A stretch of 64,000 bases of DNA from an uncultured Alphaproteobacteria bacterium (GTDB taxonomy: Bacteria; Pseudomonadota; Alphaproteobacteria; Rhizobiales; Ancalomicrobiaceae). The notes under the pieces are model-generated. The model was not told where the DNA came from, did not search any database, and saw only the letters and a list, made by a program, of their open reading frames with translations. Where the stretch lies: assembly GCA_937864925.1 (NCBI GenBank), contig CALMFH010000236.1, forward strand, positions 2,542 to 66,541, written 5' to 3'. Shown piece after piece: positions 59,552 through 64,000 of this stretch. The translations under genes and the position numbers were made by a program. The first letter of the stretch is position 1. Each line of letters begins with the position of its first letter.

Positions 59552-60721
59552 TCACGAGCCGAGCGTGGCGGCGGCGAGAGCGGGGTCGCGATGCGGCACC
59601 GGCTCGGTGCTGCGCCTGTCGTGGCGGTTCATGATCCAGCGGCGTGCCGGCTCTTCGACGGCGACATGGACGAGGCAGGCGACACCGAGAGCCACCGCCG
59701 TGGAGACGGCGAAGAACACCACCGGATGGGCGGTGAGCGCGCCGTGAAGGAAGTGCTTGTCGATGGTGCGGGCGTAGTAGTCGACCGGCACGTGGAAGAG
59801 GTAGAGCGCGAAAGAGGCCTTGCCGAGGAAGACGAGGCGCGGGTCGGCGAGGATGCCGCCGCGCTCGCTCCCACCGTAGAGGATCAACGGCACCCAGAGA
59901 ATGGCGGTGCCGCCGCCGTGCAGCGCCTCCTGAGGCAGGTGGTGATGCAGCAGCACCAGACCGAGCGCGGCGACCCCGGCGGCAGCCAGCAGGGTGTGGC
60001 GATCGGACGGGGCCCTCCCCTCGCGCCACAGGGCGAGAAGCGCCACGCCGAGCACGAACTCGCCCAGCCGACCGATCGGGAAATAGCGGATGAAGTCGGC
60101 GGCCGCTTCCGTCGCCGCGGTGGGTGCCATGAGGTCGCCGCCACCGGCCTGCCGCCAGATCAGGGCATGGACGATCCACACCGCGAACTGGAAGACGACG
60201 GCGACGAAGATCGCCGCCCCCGGCCGCCGGAAGGCCGGCGCCACCAGGAAGGGGAAGAGGGCGTAGAAGAACACCTCGGTGGAGATCGACCAGGCCGGAT
60301 AGTTGATCACCGTCGCCACGCCGGGGATCCACGCCTGTAGCGCCAACGGTGTGGCGATCGCGGCGAGGACGCGGTCGAGGGTGACGCCGTGGCGCATCAG
60401 GTCGGCGGCGAAGAACGGCAGGAAGGCGAGGATCGCCAGGAGATGGACCGGCCAGATGCGGGCCAGGCGCGCCACCCGGTAGCGGCGCAACTCGTGGCGC
60501 GGAAAGGTGCCGGCGCTCTCATAGTTGTAGGCGAGGATGAAGCCGGAGAGGACGAAGAAGAAGCTGACGCCGGCAAAGCCGAGATCGAGCCCGGTCGGCA
60601 CCGGAATACCCGGTAGGTAGGAGCGCCAGTAGTGATAGACGAGCACCAGCGCCGCCGCGAAGAAGCGCAGTGACGTCAACTCGTCGAGACTTCTCACCCC
60701 GTGAACACCCGGCGCGCTCAT
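59552..60721 (-). CDS. Acyltransferase family 3 membrane protein
   Basis: SLRFFAAALVLVYH and GVSFFFVLSGF motifs, with about 10 TM helices. Confidence 0.85.
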   Translation of the reverse strand: MSAPGVHGVRSLDELTSLRFFAAALVLVYHYWRSYLPGIPVPTGLDLGFAGVSFFFVLSGFILAYNYESAGTFPRHELRRYRVARLARIWPVHLLAILAFLPFFAADLMRHGVTLDRVLAAIATPLALQAWIPGVATVINYPAWSISTEVFFYALFPFLVAPAFRRPGAAIFVAVVFQFAVWIVHALIWRQAGGGDLMAPTAATEAAADFIRYFPIGRLGEFVLGVALLALWREGRAPSDRHTLLAAAGVAALGLVLLHHHLPQEALHGGGTAILWVPLILYGGSERGGILADPRLVFLGKASFALYLFHVPVDYYARTIDKHFLHGALTAHPVVFFAVSTAVALGVACLVHVAVEEPARRWIMNRHDRRSTEPVPHRDPALAAATLGS

Positions 60722-60837
60722 CGCCCTCCGCCCCGCTCACCACGCGACCGTGATCGCCCGGCCGCCTCCCGAGAGCCGCGAGGATCGCACGAAAGCGCCG
60801 GAACCGTTCGATTTCCGGAGATCGTGGTGAATGCGGC

Positions 60838-61746
60838 TCAACCCGCCGAGGCCACCGCCCACCAGTCCGCCGGCAGCTTCGCGACGGCGGCGCCGGCGGC
60901 GGCGGAGTCGGAGAAGATCGCGAAGCAGGTGGCGCCGGAGCCCGACATGCGGGCGAGGCGGCAGCCGGGCGCGGCGCCGAGGCGGGCGAGCACCTCGCCG
61001 ATGACCGGCGCGACGTGAATCGCCGGCGGCTCGAGGTCGTTGCGGGTGGTGGCGAGCCAGTCGACGAGATGATCGGCGTCGCGGAAGCGCGGCGGGAGCT
61101 CGGGCATCGGCGGGTTGTCGCGGTTCGCGAGCGCCCGGAACACCGCAGGCGTCGCCACCGACACACCGGGGTTCACCAGCACCATCGGCAGTGTCGGCAG
61201 GCCGGCGAAGAGGTCGATCGTCTCGCCGATGCCGCGCGCCCGCAGCGGTCGCCCGTGGACGCACATCGGCAGGTCGGCACCGAGCGGCAGGGCGATCTCG
61301 GCGAGGCGGGCGATCGGCAGATCGAGCCGCCACAGCCGGTTCAGGAGCCGCAGCGTCGCGGCGGCGTCGGAGGAGCCGCCGCCGATGCCGGAGGCGATCG
61401 GCAGGGCCTTCTCCAGCGTCAGCGCCAACGGGCGGCGCGGGCGGGCGAGGCGGCGGGCCTCGGCATCCAGGAGCCGCGCGGCACGCAGCACCAGATTGTC
61501 GGGACCGGTGTCGAGCCCGGCGGCGAAACGGCCGGTGATCGCGAGCTCGATCGGCACCGGTTCATCGCTCGTCGACGCCTCGCCCTGCGGACGGGCGTCG
61601 ACGCGGTCGGCGGCGACGCCGTGGACGACCAGCGTGTCGAGGAGGTGGTAGCCGTCGGCGCGACGTCCGGCGACGTGCAGCGCCAGATTGATCTTGGCCG
61701 GCGCCGCTTCGCTCGACGGTCCGACCGTGGCGGCGACTCCGACCAT
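60838..61746 (-). CDS. ispE: 4-(cytidine 5'-diphospho)-2-C-methyl-D-erythritol kinase
   Basis: APAKINLALHV and the GHMP motif PIASGIGGGSSDAAA. Confidence 0.93.
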   Translation of the reverse strand: MVGVAATVGPSSEAAPAKINLALHVAGRRADGYHLLDTLVVHGVAADRVDARPQGEASTSDEPVPIELAITGRFAAGLDTGPDNLVLRAARLLDAEARRLARPRRPLALTLEKALPIASGIGGGSSDAAATLRLLNRLWRLDLPIARLAEIALPLGADLPMCVHGRPLRARGIGETIDLFAGLPTLPMVLVNPGVSVATPAVFRALANRDNPPMPELPPRFRDADHLVDWLATTRNDLEPPAIHVAPVIGEVLARLGAAPGCRLARMSGSGATCFAIFSDSAAAGAAVAKLPADWWAVASAG

Positions 61747-61756
61747 GGTCCGACGC

Positions 61757-63643
61757 TCACTCGGCCTTCGGCGGCGCTTCGCCGGTCGGAGCGGGCGGGG
61801 GCGCCTCCTGCGGCTTCGCCTCGGCGGGTGCGGCTTCCGGGGGCTTCACATCGCCGGTGGAGGTCGACGGGCGAGCTGCGGCTTCCGCCTCGGATGCAGC
61901 GGCTGCGGGTTTCGCGGCGGTCTCGACCGCTCCGGACGTCGGAGCACCTTGACCGGCGGCGCGCAGGGCACCGGTGGTGTCCGCGAGCTTCTTCTCGATC
62001 TTCGGTACCTCTTCGGCCTCGGGCTTCATGTCGAGGGCATGGCGCCACTGGAAGGTCGCCTCGAGCGTGCGGCCGACCTCGCGATAGGCGTCGCCGAGGT
62101 GGTCGTTGATCACCGGATCGTCGGGACGCAGCAGGATCGCCCGTTCCAGTTCCTTCACCGCTTCGTCGAAGCGGCCGAGCTTGTAGTAGGCCCAGCCGAG
62201 ACTGTCGACGATGTAGCCGTCGTCGGACTTCAGGTCGACCGCCTTCCGCACCAGCGCCAGACCCTTGTCGAGGTTCTGGCCCATGTCGATCCAGGAATAG
62301 CCGAGGTAGTTGAGCACGTGCGGCTCGTCGGGCTGCAGCTTCAGCGCCTCGTCGAAATCGGCTTCCGCCTTCGGCCATTGCTTGGTGCGCTCGTGGGCGA
62401 TACCGCGGTAGTAGAACAGCTGCCAGTCGCTCTTCGTCGGCTTTTCGATCTGGGCGATGGCGCGCGTATAGATCTCGGCGGCTTCGGCGAACTTCTTGTC
62501 GGCACGCAGAACGTCGCCGAGTGCCTGGATGGCGTCGAGATCCTTCGGAGTGCGCTCGACCACCGCCCTGAGGTGTTTCGACGCCTCCTCGTAGTTCTGG
62601 GTGACGGTGTGGTAGCGGCCGATCTGGATGTCGGCGAGCGGCCTCAACTTCGATCCGGAGGGAACTCGGTCGAGCAGCGCGATCGCCTTGTCGTACTGCT
62701 TCATCTGGCCCTGCAGACCGGCGAGCGCGATGGTCGGCAGTTCGGCGTTCGGGGTCAGCCACAGCGCCAGCTGCAGGTACATCGCGGCGAAATCTTCGCC
62801 GCCGTCGCGCCCCATGGCCGAGCCGAGGCCGTAGAGGAACTCGGCGGCACCGGCCTGCGGCGTGGAGATGATCGGAGCCGGGATCGCGCCGGATTCGATC
62901 TCGGCCTTGAGCCCCTCGATCACCGGATGATCGGGAAGGGTCTTCTCGAACTCGGCGATGACGGCGAGGGCTTCGGTCGTCTTCTTCTGACGGGCGAGGA
63001 AGCGGATCTGCGATTCCACGACGCGTAGCGCCCGCTTGTCGGCGCCGTAGGCCGCCGTCATGCGCTCGGCGCCTTCCGCCTTGCGCCCGCCCATGTCGGC
63101 TATCAGCGCACCATGGAATCCCTTGAACACGGAATACCAGTCGAGGCCGGTGACCTTGTCGACCGTCTTCAGCGCTCCGGCGGTGTCCTTGACCCCGGCC
63201 TGAGCCCATCCGGAGAGGATCGCCACGGTGAGATCGGAGAGCGGGCGGGGCGCGGTCTGCTGCAACTGGGCACGCGCCTTCTCCCACTGCCCGCGCTTGA
63301 GGGCATCGACGCCGAGGACGAGACGGGCGAGCGAATGGCCCTTGTCACGGGCGACGATGCTCTCGGCGACCGGGATCGCGTCCTTGATGCGGCCGTCGGC
63401 GATCAGCAGTTGGAACGCCCGCTCGATCAGCACCGGATTGCCGGGATCGAGGGCGAGCGCGGTCTGGAAATAGGCGGCGGCGGCGGCGATGTCGCGCGCG
63501 GACCCCGCGAAACGGCCGGCGAGGTAGTTGCCGGCGAGCGTCGGCGGCGTGAAGACCGAAAGCAGATCGACCATCGGTTTGGCGATGGCCACCCCGGCAC
63601 TCGACAGGCCGGCGAGGAGGGTCGCGGCGAAGAGAAGGCGCAT
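61757..63643 (-). CDS. Tetratricopeptide-repeat protein (periplasmic), conserved partner of ispE
   Basis: Signal peptide MRLLFAATLLAGLSSAGVAIA and many TPR-like repeats (YLGYSWIDMG, AYYKLGRFDEAV). Ala/Pro-rich tail. The tracked ORF extends to 63919. Confidence 0.8.
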   Translation of the reverse strand: MRLLFAATLLAGLSSAGVAIAKPMVDLLSVFTPPTLAGNYLAGRFAGSARDIAAAAAYFQTALALDPGNPVLIERAFQLLIADGRIKDAIPVAESIVARDKGHSLARLVLGVDALKRGQWEKARAQLQQTAPRPLSDLTVAILSGWAQAGVKDTAGALKTVDKVTGLDWYSVFKGFHGALIADMGGRKAEGAERMTAAYGADKRALRVVESQIRFLARQKKTTEALAVIAEFEKTLPDHPVIEGLKAEIESGAIPAPIISTPQAGAAEFLYGLGSAMGRDGGEDFAAMYLQLALWLTPNAELPTIALAGLQGQMKQYDKAIALLDRVPSGSKLRPLADIQIGRYHTVTQNYEEASKHLRAVVERTPKDLDAIQALGDVLRADKKFAEAAEIYTRAIAQIEKPTKSDWQLFYYRGIAHERTKQWPKAEADFDEALKLQPDEPHVLNYLGYSWIDMGQNLDKGLALVRKAVDLKSDDGYIVDSLGWAYYKLGRFDEAVKELERAILLRPDDPVINDHLGDAYREVGRTLEATFQWRHALDMKPEAEEVPKIEKKLADTTGALRAAGQGAPTSGAVETAAKPAAAASEAEAAARPSTSTGDVKPPEAAPAEAKPQEAPPPAPTGEAPPKAE

Positions 63644-64000
63644 GCCGGTACGACGATCGGCGGCCTTCCTCGTTCGGGCGGGCGACGAGGGGTCGCGGCG
63701 GCAATTCTCGAAGTCACGGTCCATACGCGGGAAGCTCCCAGGGTCTCGGCGCGGACGTTCGGCCGAACACCCGATCCTCGGTTCAGGCGAGGCCGCCCGA
63801 GGGCGGGACGCGAAGCCGTTCGATCTCGTCGATCGGCCGGCGTGCGGCTCCGCGAGAGACACGACCCAGCGACGGCCTCCGGCTCCTCCGACGCCGTCGG
63901 AGCGATCCGAACGAACCAATCGATCGAACGCCGGCAGAATGGCGGGTTTGTGTCCGCTTGTGAAGGCTCTTCCGCCGAGGCGATTTCGGGGTCTCGGTTC

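Overview
High-G+C chromosomal segment (judged by eye, not computed). Gene content and synteny look alphaproteobacterial, Hyphomicrobiales/Rhizobiales-like: TIGR02301, DUF2161, a NadQ-type regulator, a TPR-ispE pair and a short-type argC. I support about 70 densely packed protein-coding genes. I saw no rRNA, tRNA, CRISPR array, transposase or integrase. Most of the window is housekeeping: tlyA, nadABC, ald-lrp, argC, aroC, fabI, ygfZ, msrBA, tsaC/sua5, xseB, dxs, pdxH, corA and ispE. Accessory content: (1) a visibly lower-GC two-gene insert at 19417-20684 that looks like an orphan polymorphic-toxin/immunity cassette; (2) a Cys-rich secreted mini-peptide plus a membrane-anchored DUF4760-like protein next to higBA (36319-37827); (3) an arsR-arsC-arsC-acr3 operon with an extra alpha/beta-hydrolase-like gene; (4) a sulfide:quinone-oxidoreductase-like gene followed by an untracked 52-aa ORF. 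Non-coding structure: a 124-bp triple-hairpin MITE-like repeat in three copies, two of them inverted around pdxH and a lipoprotein gene; GC-rich REP-like elements; a perfect 8-3-8 palindrome in front of nadA that fits a NadQ operator, with the NadQ-like regulator encoded 20 kb away; and a 453-bp lower-GC intergenic region with a candidate leader or sRNA and a 55-aa ORF. All functional calls rest on motif and family recognition from the translations. No searches were run. Many start codons were chosen inside longer tracked ORFs and remain uncertain.
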